64,000 nt of DNA from contig NC_043026.1 of NCBI RefSeq assembly GCF_006345805.1, positions 10,044,001-10,108,000 of the forward strand. Direction: 5' to 3'. This document shows, one piece after another, positions 48,510 to 61,637 of this stretch. A program made the position numbers and the translations under genes. Under the pieces are notes generated by a model that did not search any database, had not been told where the DNA came from, and was given only the letters and a program-made list of their open reading frames with translations. The stretch is from Octopus sinensis. Its lineage: Eukaryota. Position 1 is the first letter of the stretch, and every line of letters begins with the position of its first letter.

Positions 48510-50037
48510 CTGCCGGTCAAAGTGAAAAGATCCCAACAGCTTGCTTGTACTAGATGCCACAGAAGTGGAGATAAACTCCAGCATTTAAAAAAAAAAACGT
48601 CACAAAACAGATGTTGCTATCATTCCAGGGGGTATGACATCCATATTGCAGCCATTAGATGTCTCTATTAACAAACTGGGCAATCTTTCGTCTCTAGTAG
48701 ACCTTTCCGTCGATTTCCGTAAAAATTTTTTTTTTTTTTTTACATATGGGCTTGCGGGAACTTTTGAAGTAATGAGAGCGAAAGAGACTAAGAGAAAGCA
48801 ATTGTATGACGAGGGAAATTCTTTTGAAGTTACCGTCCAGGGGAAGCATTGATGTACATGTGTGTGTGTGTGTGTGTTTGATGGGGTGTGGGAGACAGAC
48901 AGTATGTTGTGTAAGTGAAGTGCTTCTGTTAGTGTGTGTGAAGAGACAGAGAGAGTAATGTGTGAAAGAGAGAGATAACTGAAATTTTTTACTCGGTGTA
49001 TGTGTATATGTATGTATATTACTTCAAAAGTTCCCACAAGCCCATATGTAAAAAAAAAAAATTTTTTTACGGAAATCGACGGAAAGGTCTACTAGAGACG
49101 AAAGATCGCCACAAACTGCGTGATTTATGGACTGAATGGATGTTGACTGGAGAAAAGTCGTTCACTAATGGTGGAAGGGTTCGCGCTCCCGACCTGACTT
49201 TGATATGCAAATGGAATGTGTATGCATGGAATGAACTTGACCCCCAGATTATTGTGAAAAGTTTTATGAAGTGTTGTATATCGTCTGCACTGGATGGTAG
49301 TCAGGATGACGTTGTATGGAAAGATGAAATAAATGAAAGTGAATCTTCCGATGTTGACTATGAATCTGACGATGACGGAGATTTACACTACAATGATGCT
49401 GACAAGTTTACGGAGGAACAAATGGAACAGTTATTTGATGCTGAAAGTGACGATGAATTTGAAGGATTTGAATAAATGTTTTTGCCTTTGCTTTTGTAAC
49501 GGATAGTGATAAATATGTAAAGGCAATTTACTTAATATTTATTTTTCACTGGTGTTATTACTGTTATTTCTTTATTTTCTGCAAACAAAATGCACAAAAA
49601 AGCTACACGTTTGCATTATGTTATATATACAATAATAATAAAGGACGTTACCCTATACAGTTTTACAAACCAAGAACGTCATATAGACCTCCTTCACTCA
49701 AGTTAGAGAAGGCGTGCGTATTATACACAAGGTTTGGGTTTTTCAGAAGTACAGCCCCTAAAAATCTTTATTAAACATTATTACTGTTATTTCTTTATTT
49801 TCTGCAAACAAAATGCACAAAAAAGCTACACGTTTGCATTATGTTATATATACAATAATAATAAAGGATATTACCGTATACATTTTTACAAGCTAAGGAC
49901 ATTATATTGACCTCCTTGACTCAAGTAAGAGAAGGGTTGCGTATTGTACACAAGGTTTAGGTTTTTCAGAGTTACAGCCCCCTAAAAATCCCCTGCGTAT
50001 TATACTCAAGGGTGGACTATACTCTAGGATTTATGGA
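48510..50037 (+). mobile_element. pogo/Tigger-like DNA transposon remnant (DDE transposase C-terminus plus 3' end)
   Basis: SLLVLDA, IPGGMTSILQPLDVSINK, then LRDLWTEWM...IVKSFMKCCISSALDGSQDD; TIR-like ggactatactctaggatttatgg at the 3' end. Confidence 0.8.
48679..49110. mobile_element. 432-bp MITE nested in the pogo transposase, ~94-bp TIRs, 8-bp TSD (Merlin-like)
   Basis: TSD acaaactg at 48671-48678 and 49111-49118; termini ggcaatc.../...gatcgcc. Confidence 0.85.
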
Positions 50038-50269
50038 AGTTGTCACTTCTTAAATGCGTGTGAACCACCCATTTGAGTTATGGGGAACCAAACGGGATGT
50101 TCTTCAAAGCAAACAGAGTAATTTGCTCATTAATTACTTGATAGTAAAAGTAATTACTTCGTATTAGCAGTAATTATTTTCATTTCGATTCTGTTATTTG
50201 GGACAGAGTTCCATCCCAGGAAATGGTTGTTGTCTATTATATCAATTATGTATAAATGTACATAAACTT

Positions 50270-50905
50270 ATAAATGTATGTATGTATGTATGTATGTGTG
50301 TATGTATGTATGTATGTATGTATGTATGTATGTATGTATGTGTGTATGTATGTATGTATGTGTGTATGTGTGTATGTGTGTATGTATGTACGTATGAATG
50401 TATGTATGCACGTATGTATGTATATATGTATGCATGCATCTATGTATGTATAGGAATGTATGTATGTACGTATGTATATATGTATGTGTGTATGTATGTA
50501 TGCATCTATGTATGTATGTATGTATGTATGCATGTATGTGTGTATGTATGTACGTGTGTATGTATGTATGTATGCATGTACGTATGTGTGTATGTATGTA
50601 TATGAATGTATGTATGTGTGTATGTATGTATGTATGTGTATGTATGTATGTATGTATGTATGTATGTATGTGTGTATGTATGTATGCATGCATGCACGTA
50701 TGTATGCATGTATGTACGTATGTATGCATGTATGTACGTATGTATGCATGTATGTATGTATGCATGTATGTATGCATGTATGCATGTACGTATGAATGCA
50801 TGTATGCATGTATGTATGTATGTATGTATGTATGTATGTATGTATGTACGTATGTATGTATGTATGCATGCATGTATGTATGTACGTACGTATGTATGTA
50901 TGTAA
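50270..50905. repeat. Long (TATG)n-type microsatellite
   Basis: Direct reading. Confidence 0.95.
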
Positions 50906-51100
50906 AACCAAAAGAGAAATTGGTTGAGAAACATTCAAGTTTTTCTGAAAAAAAGTGGAAAGGTATGGTTGGGGGGTGGAGATGACGTAAGCAGAGAAAG
51001 AAAGAAAGAATGTAGAAGTGAATGGGGGTGGTGGGGAGAGGTATATTATGCTCACAGTGTGAGAATGCTGGCTAATATACACATGCATATTGTTAATCAA

Positions 51101-51510
51101 AGGAGTGGCTGTGTGGTAAGTAGCTTGCTTACCAACCACATGGTTCTGGGTTCAGTCCCACTGCGTGGCACCTTGGGCAAGTGTCTTCTACTATAGCCTC
51201 GGGCCGACCAATGCCTTGTGAGGTGATTTGGTAGACGGAAACTGAAAGAAGCCCGTCGTATATATGTATATATATATATGTTTGTGTGTCTGTGTTTGTC
51301 CCCCTAGCATTGCTTGACAACCGATGCTGGTGTGTTTATGTCCCCGTTACTTAGCGGTTCGGCAAAAAGAGACTGATAGAATAAGTACTGGGCTTACCAA
51401 AAGAATAAGTCCTGGGGTCGAGTTGCTCGACTAAAAGGCGGTGCTCCAGCATGGCAGCAGTCAAAATGACTGAAACAAGGAAAAAGAAGAAAAAGAAAAG
51501 AAGAAAAAGA
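51101..51510 (+). mobile_element. tRNA-derived SINE, main family
   Basis: Full length with an A-rich tail. Confidence 0.85.
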
Positions 51511-51810
51511 ATACTGCAATATACACACCCACATATATGGACACTGAAACAAAGGTACACACACGGATATTTAAACAAACTTACACGCTGACATCGACAC
51601 CTCAACATACATATATATACACACAGACATTGAAGCGAAGCTGCAGCAACCCATATACACACCCATGACAAGGTAGCGGCCACACATCTATAAACTTCTT
51701 CCAGCTGTCCTATAAATACCACCTCACCAAGTCTGGGCCAGATGATTTGGGACTCGCTTGAGAACAAAAGGACCCTGCAGAATAGTCCAGAGATTGAAAG
51801 ACTTGAGGCT

Positions 51811-52146
51811 GTCTTTACGTTCTGAGTTCAAATCCTGCCGAGGTCACTTTGCCTTTCATCCTTTCGGGGTCGATAAATTAAGTACCAGTTGCGTACTGGG
51901 GTCGATATAATCGACTTAATCCATTTGTTTGTCCTCTCTGTATTTATCCCCTTGTGGGTAGTAAAGAAATAGGTATTTCGTCTGCGTTACGTTCTGAGTT
52001 CAAATTCCGCCGAGGTCGACTTTGCCTTTCATCCTTTCGGGGTCGATAAATTAAGTACCAGTTGCGTACTGGGGTCGATATAATCGACTTAATCCATTTG
52101 TTTGTCCTCTCTGTATTTATCCCCTTGTGGGTAGTAAAGAAATAAG
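51811..52146 (+). mobile_element. Tandem pair of 5'-truncated SINEs of a second family
   Basis: gttctgagttcaaat..gccgaggtc..ctttgcctttcatcctttcggggtcgat occurs twice; full copy at 55104. Confidence 0.7.
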
Positions 52147-52708
52147 TATTTTTTCGACTAGAAACTGTTGAAACGTTTTACAGTGTTACTTTACAAGTAA
52201 AACATTTCGTTTCACTTTTTTATTCCGGGGACAAGAAAAGGAGATAAAACAAAACAATTAGTTGGAGAGAATATTTAACAAATAAATAATTATGTTTTTA
52301 ATAAATGACAATTCAAACTAATGTATAAGATGATGATGATGATGGTTTTTGTGGTGGTGGGGATGTGAATACTTGCATTTTGGGGACCAATGTGTATACA
52401 AAACACTTGAGTTGTTGAGTAAATGTAAATGAATGCTTTATCAGTTGGAAACAACTGGGATTATTTCAAAATGGATTTTTAGATCTTAAGAGGGAGGAAG
52501 TGAAAATCAAATCCAAATAACAACAGGAGTGTCTTTGTGATAAGAGGCTTGCTTCCCAACTACATGGTTCCAGGTTCAGTCCCACCGTGTGGCACCTTAA
52601 GCAAGTGTCATCTACTATAACCAAAGCTTTGGTAGACAGAAACAAAAAGAGATCCGTCATGTATATATAAGTGTGTGTGTATATATATGTATATATATAT
52701 ATGTATGT

Positions 52709-52958
52709 AATATTTTTACATACAAAATTTAAAGGACTGACCACTAAAAGTGGATGGTCAATATGCTAGATATAGACGTCAAAATCGCTATTTTCCACGA
52801 AGAATGTGTTCTCAAATAAAAACTCAGCACAAAAAGTGTAAAAAATAAGCAAGACAAATGAAAATATATGAAATAATAACGATTTTGACATCTATATCTA
52901 GCATATTGACCGTCCACTTTTAGTTGTCAGTCCTTTAAATTTTGTGTGTAAAAATATT
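52709..52958. mobile_element. ~250-bp MITE-like element with ~80-bp TIRs
   Basis: aaaatttaaaggactgaccactaaaagtgga...gacgtcaaaatcg versus its reverse complement at 52875-52958; TSD not resolved. Confidence 0.65.
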
Positions 52959-53040
52959 TTAATCTTCGGATTTCTTTAATATGCTAGGCCACTGGTTTTA
53001 ATTGATTAATATCAATTTCTACTCTTATTTAATTTTATAT

Positions 53041-53234
53041 GTGTGTACCGTTGGTGATTTTTTTCCCTCTGTCTTCCCTTCTCTGGATCTTTCCTTCTCC
53101 TATGTTTCCGACGAAGAGCTCTGCTCGAAACGTTAAACCCTCCTTCTTTCCTTCTTTCCTGAGCGTCCAATAATACTATATTTGTTCCACGTCCTCGCGT
53201 TGTTGTGTTTTTTTGTGCTTTCTTGTTTGGATTA

Positions 53235-53237
<3 letters not shown>
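53041..53237 (+). mobile_element. Short Penelope-like/retrozyme-like repeat with a hammerhead-like core (53104-53138)
   Basis: GTTT-CCGACGA-a-GAG-ctctg-CTC-GAAAC-GTT-AAAC; ends in (TA)n. Confidence 0.55.
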
Positions 53238-53275
<38 letters not shown>

Positions 53276-54350
53276 AAAAAAGAAGTTTGAAAATGCCACT
53301 ATATTAGATAAATTTTAATTTTTACATGTTTCGGTTCTTGAAATAACGAACCTTATCAAAAAGAATTTTTTTATAATAAAGAGTATAATGGAATAGTTCA
53401 TAATTGTTTCATACATTCAATAGAGTCCATGCTATATACATAAAAAGTGTAATGGAACAGTTCATAATTGTTACATACATTCAATAGAGTCCATGCTATA
53501 TACATTCAATAGAATCCATGTTCTTGAAAGGGCGAAAAATATATTATAAGGTGTAAGTCGTTCCTTACTGTTTTGTCAAGTGTAGTGCAGGAGTTCATTA
53601 TAGATTTTACCTTGTGTTCCAATGGGAGCAATAGTAGTGATTCTTGGTTGTCAACATATATATATATATATGTTTATTTATTTATTTGTATATGTATGTA
53701 TATATATATATATCTTTCTCTCTATATATATATATTTGTTTATGGACATGTATGAGTGTGATTTGGTGGATGGAAACTGAAACATTTGACAGAGATTGCA
53801 GGAGGAATAACAGAATATATAAGCTGTGTGCAGCAGTTCTGTAAGATAATGATGAGAAGCGGGACATGTCTTGGTTTGCTTGGTAGTGGACAAGAAAGAA
53901 GAGAGATGTCTTTGAGGAGAAGAGTGTAGCAAATGAAAACAGCACAATTGTGTGTGTGTGTGTGTGTCGATAAATATATATCAGTGCCATTATGAAGGTG
54001 TTTAACCTGTTGAAGTGTGTGTGTGTGTGTGTGTTGATGAATATATCTGAATGCAGTGGATTATGTAACCTGAAGAGCAGAGACTACAAAACTCGTAAGA
54101 AACAATCAAGTTGAGATAATGAATGCAATGAGAGGGTAATCATGCCTTTCCAGGTATAAATATTAATCCTATATATGAAGACTGAAATTAAACACAAATC
54201 AAATGATTACACCTAATTTGAAGTAATTAAAGAGATAATTACTATGTTCGTGCTGAAACAGAATCCTGTTCTTGACTAAATTGCCAAATTTGGGTTCTTT
54301 TTAAGAAAGGCCAGCTCTCTGCTACTGTCTCCCTCTCACTATGCAAACAT

Positions 54351-54385
<35 letters not shown>

Positions 54386-54558
54386 CAAATTGAGATAGGG
54401 GTTGTAAATGCAACCCTCCATGGGATAACATATATCCAATATACTGCTAGTGAAGTACCCAATAAAGTTAATACATAAATGTTAATGATTGCGATGCAAT
54501 CAATTCATTTACTGTATTACATGGGCAAAGGTAAAATGATTTACCACAAATTACTAAT

Positions 54559-54775
54559 ACAAGATAAGAAAATGGAGAAATACATCTAAATCAAATATCA
54601 ATTACCAGATAATACTCAATCACATACTTTATTAAACCACCACATAAGAGACTATAGGGTTTGCTTTTTATATTTAACCCTACAGTCTCTTATGTGGTGG
54701 TTTAATAAAGTATGTGATTGAGTATTATCTGGTAATTGATATTTGATTTAGATGTATTTCTCCATTTTCTTATCT

Positions 54776-54778
<3 letters not shown>
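54559..54778. repeat. Near-perfect 103-bp inverted repeat with a 14-nt loop
   Basis: Arms 54559-54661 and 54676-54778; single mismatch A54654/C54683. Confidence 0.95.
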
Positions 54779-55092
<314 letters not shown>

Positions 55093-55103
55093 TAAGATAT
55101 TCG

Positions 55104-55334
55104 CCTGGCGAGCTGGCAGAAACGTTAGCACGCCGGGCGAAATGCTTAGCCGTATTTCGTCTGTCGTTATGTTCCGAGTTCAAATTCCGGCGAGGTCAAC
55201 TTTGCCTTTCATCCTTTTGGGGTCGATAAATTAAGTACCAGTTATGCACTGGGGTCGATGTAATCGACTTAATCCCTCTGTCTGTCCTTGTTTGTCCCCT
55301 CTGTGTTTAGCCCCTTGTGGGTAGTAAAGCAATA
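55104..55334 (+). mobile_element. tRNA-derived SINE, second family, full length
   Basis: ggcgagctggcagaaacgttagc head, gagttcaaattcc B-box-like motif, ggggtcgat 3' part. Confidence 0.7.
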
Positions 55335-56916
55335 TATATAATTATTATGAGGGGTTTTGTAGGTTTTTCTTCCCCAAAATAAACCAAGTAGAATGACACA
55401 ATTGAAACATAAACATTAATTCCAATTTAATTTTACAGTTCAAATATTTGCAATCATCTGGTTTTCTCTTTATAAATTTTGTTGTCAACAACAACAGCAA
55501 TAACAACAACATAGCCTTATCCAGCTTTTCCTAAAAATATGTTGTTGTTTAGTCCATGTATATTCAAAGAGCTGACATCCTGAAGAAGGTCTCTTTTATT
55601 TTTCATTCCTCCTGGGATCAATAGAGTAACAGTCATTATTTCATAGACCAAGGAGGGGTGTAGGATCATTCTGATGATGATACGTCACCACAATGTCATT
55701 AAACACCCCACCAATATTTCCTAATCCACCTCATTAAACCCCTAATACTTCATAATAAACTACACCAAGTTATAACTCCTCACCTAACACAAAACAAAAC
55801 ACACTTCACCTGCCAAACCCCTTTTTCATATAAACACATCTTTCTCATTGCTACCCAAACATTGTCCCTTGTATTAAAGATAATTAAGAAGAACCTACCT
55901 CTCATTAATTGGGCTTATTCCTTAACCAATCTTTATTATCTCAATCAGCAACAAATAATAACGATCCTCTCAACATGCTGTCTATCAGTGTGATTATATG
56001 AAAGCCCATCTTTGGATAAGCTTTCCGAGTTAATCAATGTTGTGTATGATAATTGTGTGGATTATATTGAAATGTCGAGAGATTTACAGCATTCGTCAGG
56101 TTAAGAATAGTTTCGTCTCCAGCTATCTCTTAATCCAGGTAAATATGATGGAAACCAAGCCAACCATGACTGTCACATCATTTCCAGTGCATATGATTAT
56201 TAGTAATACTTATATTCCTGATTGGTAGGGACATGGTATTTTGTTATAAACTACTGTAAATTATATTAAATCGTTTTAGAAGTCAACACCACATTCTACT
56301 GTGTTAGCAGTGTTTTTCACATTATTCTACAGATATTCCATAGAAATTATAGTTGGCTCTGATTTTTTGCTAAAATGTTTTGTATCGAGACATCAGATGT
56401 AAATAAACAACAGATGCTTTTGTCTTTGATCTCATTCTTTCCGTCTGACGTTTCAATATGAAATGTTATAGCAGGAAATCAGTCCTGGCTATAATTTCTA
56501 CCGATAATATCTGTAGAAATAACCTCAACAAAATATTTATATTCCTTCTTACTACAAAACTTTTCACCATCACTTATATTCAGTCAATAAAGATAATGGT
56601 GTATTTATATCTTCAAGTTTTATTTCTAATGATTATTCCATTGAAAACAGTTTAAATGTTTAACTTCACTGTCAAATAAACAATTTGTTTAATATATTTA
56701 ATGAAATGTGTGTTTTTCTTGAAATTGTTTGAATCAATCAACTAAATATTATTTTCTCAAATGCTTTTCACTTCATTTCATTTCAGCTTTGCTGTAAAAA
56801 TTAGTGAATTTTGAAGAGATAAATTGTATTCCAAAGGAAGAAAACAAAATCCACAGAAAAGAATATATTTAACAGAAAAAGATAATAATTCTATATTCAT
56901 AAAATGGAGAAGATTA

Positions 56917-57801
56917 ATGAAGAAAATAGAATGTTGGCTCTCATTCCTGCCACAGTCTGTGATACAACAGCAATTCATAAGGAAACTACACCAATTATTA
57001 CCCAAATATTACATACACAAAACACAAAGAAAACAGAAGAACAGGAAAGAAAAGACAAAGAAATCTAAAGAACAGGAAAAGTCCATGTTACCAAGATATC
57101 TTCATATTGTGACATGTTACCGAACACTAATCAAAACAGACCACATCAATACGTTTATAGATTATGTAAAGGATAAATGTAAGCGCAGGGACTCTCTGGG
57201 TTTAAATGGATCTCGAATTTTATGTAATATCAAACGTAAAATGACAAGATTTCTGGAACTTGCAAAACAAAATAATGATTTTGTTCACCAAAACCTTGAT
57301 TGGTTTCAACAAAGACTCTTTGACATTTATGTCACCTGTAACCCATACAACCACAAGACCATTGAACCACCAAAAGTAACCACAAAATTCCGGCCTCTTT
57401 GCCCGGTTGTGACCAGAGAAACAAAGATCCAGGAATCTGGAGAAGAATTTGACAAAAGCACAATATCCAATGTCATTGTCATACGTGAGGGAATGGTAAC
57501 ATATTCCCGCCATTTTATGACAATATGTGTGACAAGAAATGGTGACAGAAATGATGTTCATTGTCCATCTTCTGTCACCAATTTCAGCAGAATTGGTGAA
57601 GACATGGTCCTAGCAACCCTCCCCTTCCAAGAAATGATTCTTATTATCAGCCCCAAAACCTTCAAGATCAAAAGGATACAGTTGGGGTTATATTTGGTTG
57701 CTTACTTGGAACATTCTACACTTATAGGTGTAGAAATGTTTGGTAAGACTGTTTACCAAATTGACTGGGAGGGTAATAGAATCATGTATATATACATGTA
57801 G
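56917..57801 (+). CDS. Uncharacterised ~295-aa ORF (C-terminal part beta-rich, possibly propeller-like), 3' end running into a repeat
   Basis: ~980 nt of non-repetitive open frame in AT-rich DNA; strong acceptor ttcatttcatttcag at 56786; first ATG at 56917. Confidence 0.55.
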   Translation: MKKIECWLSFLPQSVIQQQFIRKLHQLLPKYYIHKTQRKQKNRKEKTKKSKEQEKSMLPRYLHIVTCYRTLIKTDHINTFIDYVKDKCKRRDSLGLNGSRILCNIKRKMTRFLELAKQNNDFVHQNLDWFQQRLFDIYVTCNPYNHKTIEPPKVTTKFRPLCPVVTRETKIQESGEEFDKSTISNVIVIREGMVTYSRHFMTICVTRNGDRNDVHCPSSVTNFSRIGEDMVLATLPFQEMILIISPKTFKIKRIQLGLYLVAYLEHSTLIGVEMFGKTVYQIDWEGNRIMYIYM

Positions 57802-58097
57802 ATGTAAGTATGTACATATATGTATGTATATATGCATATATTTTATTTATATATATATATTGTGGAAGTGTGTGTATGTGCATGTGTGTGTGCGTACATA
57901 CAGGTGTGTGAGTGAGTGTGTGTGTGTGTATGTATGTGTGAGTGTGTATGTATGTGTGTGTAGGATGCATGTATGTGTATGGGTGTATGTATGATATATA
58001 TATATATATATATATATTATATAATATATATATATACATATACATATATATATATATACATATATATATGTATGTATATATATGTATATATATATAC

Positions 58098-58146
<49 letters not shown>

Positions 58147-58391
58147 CACATATATATATATATATACATTTCTATCATCGGCTCAGAGAGCCGATGATAG
58201 AAATGTTGTTTTGACTAATCTTGAAACGTACGTTCTATATATATATACACATATATATGAATATATATACATATATATGAATATATATATATATTTATAC
58301 ATATATATATATACACATATACACACATGCACACATATATATACATATATATATATACACACACACACATATATATATATACATATATAAT

Positions 58392-58470
<79 letters not shown>

Positions 58471-58500
58471 ATATATATAAATATATATATATTATATATG
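57802..58500. repeat. Compound TG/TA microsatellite tract
   Basis: Direct reading. Confidence 0.95.
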
Positions 58501-58687
58501 AAAACATCCAAGATTGCATTCAGATAGGAAAAAGGAAAACACCCAAAGGTGCTGCTTCACCTTTTTAATTAGTGGACAGTAGAAGAAAATAAAAGTAAAT
58601 AGAATAAATTTATTTTTAATAATTCAAAATAACACAATGATTGTGATGATGATGTTGATGATGATGAAGGTGATAATGCTGTTGTTG

Positions 58688-58719
<32 letters not shown>

Positions 58720-61637
58720 GTAAGTATTTGCATCCAGACTGAAGAAAGTGAAATTTATACTGAACAATGCATATTCATTAGAAAAACCACAGTTTCTAAG
58801 GGTTTTAAAAGCAAAACCCTTGAGATGACCCTGAATCTGGAAATGAATGTGTTATCAGTTTGCAAAGAGGTTTCAATTATATTTATTTTTGTCTAAAGGC
58901 AGCTTAGCCATTGTGACACAAAAGCAGAAATTCTTAGATGTTGAGAAGGAGGGAGGGGAAACGAAATCAAAAGAACAACAAGGATCAAATGATTTCAGAG
59001 TGATTATTTGAAGAGAGAGAGAGAGAGAGAGTGTGAAAGAGAGAGAGAAGAAAGAATGAGGAAAACAAAAACAATACACAAAGCAAGTGTGTGCAATAAA
59101 CATTGAGGATTGTCAAATTTGAAGACCAACAATACACAACAAACTAGACTGATTGTTACGTGTGTGCATACACACACACACATATGTATAAATACACACA
59201 CGAGGAGGCAGTGCCCGCTACTCCCTGATACATTATAAGTATCCTTTTAACTGTTGCCATATCTTCATAACTGTTCGAGCGAAGCAGACTCACAGAATAT
59301 TTCTGAGACAGAAAGACTTCAAGCCAGTATCAAAACCCAATAACCAACCCTGGTAAATAATATTCTTCTCCTATTTATTTAACACACAATTTACCACCAC
59401 ATTTACGTTGCCAAACATTCATTAGACTTATTTCAAACATAAATATACTGTTATATAGATATTGTTTTATTTGCACACACCATTTTATAGAATAGACATT
59501 GTTTAAACATTTTGCAGTGTCACATCACAAGTAAAACCTTTCATTTCCAGAATATAACATAAAGTATGGTTGTGTTATAACTATGTCAAAACTATTTGAT
59601 GGAAATGTTCATCTAAGGATACATCATTTTACGTAGTTTAAAGTGGATTTCTAAGTCTCAAGTGAAATTTAAAATTTGCAAATAAATTTCATGGCAGATA
59701 AATTAATTGGCTGTTTTTCATAAAATTAATTTTTTAAAAGCTTAGTCAAGAACAGCCCTGCATATAACCCTTTCTTTTTCTAGAGTCTTCGACAGTTGTG
59801 AGTGGGAGAAAGACATTCTCAAAACAAGAGGCCTAACGTGAATGCACACAAAAGAGAAATCCTCTGCTAAAAGCAGCTCAGGAGTCAGCTTTTGGTGTGA
59901 AATTTGGTGATAGATTTAGTCTGCAACATAGGGTGGCCACAATGGGATTTGAACTCAGTTCATAAAGAACCACATTACCTACTGGAAGGCATCGTGTCCA
60001 GTATTTAATTCTACCACCTCAAACTAGTATTTAAATTATTGACCCCTGCATAATAAAAGTCAAAGTTGACCATGCCAGAATTTGAACCCAGAACACAAAG
60101 TGTCAGTACTAATACCATTCTAACGACTCTACTAATTGAAATGTTTTAAACTGATTTTTTATTTTAATATTAAACTTTGTATATAAATGGAATTGTTCTG
60201 GTGATTTCATTTCTATTTTATATCTTGAAGCAAACAAGAAGAATTGTTTAAATATTAAACAATTTGGTGACAACATATATTTTCTCTCTCAGCACATCTT
60301 TATCCTACATCAACATTTTAATGTGCAATGCATTAAATATGTTTTCTCACCATCTTCGATATTATTTATCAGATGGATGGCTTCTGAGAATTACTTCATA
60401 TTCTCTGCAATTATTATAAACTCTATTACAAACCAACAACACAGTCCCTAAAATACCCCTAAAAACATATTCAATCATGACAACTTATGGGAGGGTCATG
60501 GCTAGAGCGTTTTTGACAATAGTGTTACTTAACATCAACAACAGAAACCATAGTTTTAATATATTTTTTGCATTTCAAATATATTTACTGTTTACAAAAA
60601 TAATTTTAATGTTTTAATATTTGATTTTTATAAATTGTATTTTGGCATTACAAAGGTTAAACATTCTATTAAATTTTAAAAGATTATATTTTCAATATAT
60701 ATTTATAAATTACATTTAAAAGAATAATCTATGTTATAAATTTGTATATTTCTTCAAGTTAACCAAGAGAATTGTCTAAAAATTAAATAATTCCAAGGTA
60801 ACATCAGATATACCAACGAACATGCACCTGTTTATAATGTAATTAATCATTTGTTATTACCTGGCCAAGGTACGACCTGGTTATGTTTCTCTAATGATGC
60901 TCTCTCTCAAGCAATAATATATTCATAGAAATCAAACAGTTAAACAAGTGAACTTATTCATGTAAAAAGGGGTCAGTTGGCAAAGGCATTCACACATTTT
61001 ACTAAAAGACTGTTTCCAGTATCTGCTCTGGTGCCCTGAGTTCAATACCTAGTGAGGTCAGCTTTACTTTATATTATGATTGATAAAGAACCAGTCAAGT
61101 ACTGGAGTAGATTTGTCATCATTGTTGCTCTTCTTCCTCTTCAACCACTTCTTTCTTTCCATGTGCAAGACATTACCAGGGGTTACACAAGTAGAGAGAA
61201 AGGCTCCTCCAGATTTCAAATCTCTTCAAGTCATTCTATATCTTATGTCATCTGGTTGACCTCTTTTGATTTTGAATACAGCCAGAGAGGTCAGATTTTC
61301 CGATGCTGTTTTTCAACTTATTTTCCATCAATGTAGACCCAGAGTTTATTTACATGCCTCCTCTTCATCCCTTTCCTCCCTCTTTCATCGTTCTTCTCTT
61401 TGTTTATATTATCAAGTCTGCAACAACTGTTGTAGTTGACCCTTCCACTCTTTTCAGCCATTTAAGGCTCTGGTCTCAAAGACACCCATCCGGTCACTGC
61501 CACTGTGCTTCTGTTGGTGATGTCAACACCAGCTCATTGGCCATTCTCAGCATCAGCTCTGCCACTATAAATCCGTATGGAGTCAGGATCTTTTGGTTTG
61601 TCAATCTGTGGTATATATATATATATATATATATATA

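Noticed and set aside
59000-61600. AT-rich stretch with scattered gagttcaa/ttgaac motifs
   Set aside because: Probably old SINE debris; too degenerate to delimit, and no coding signal.
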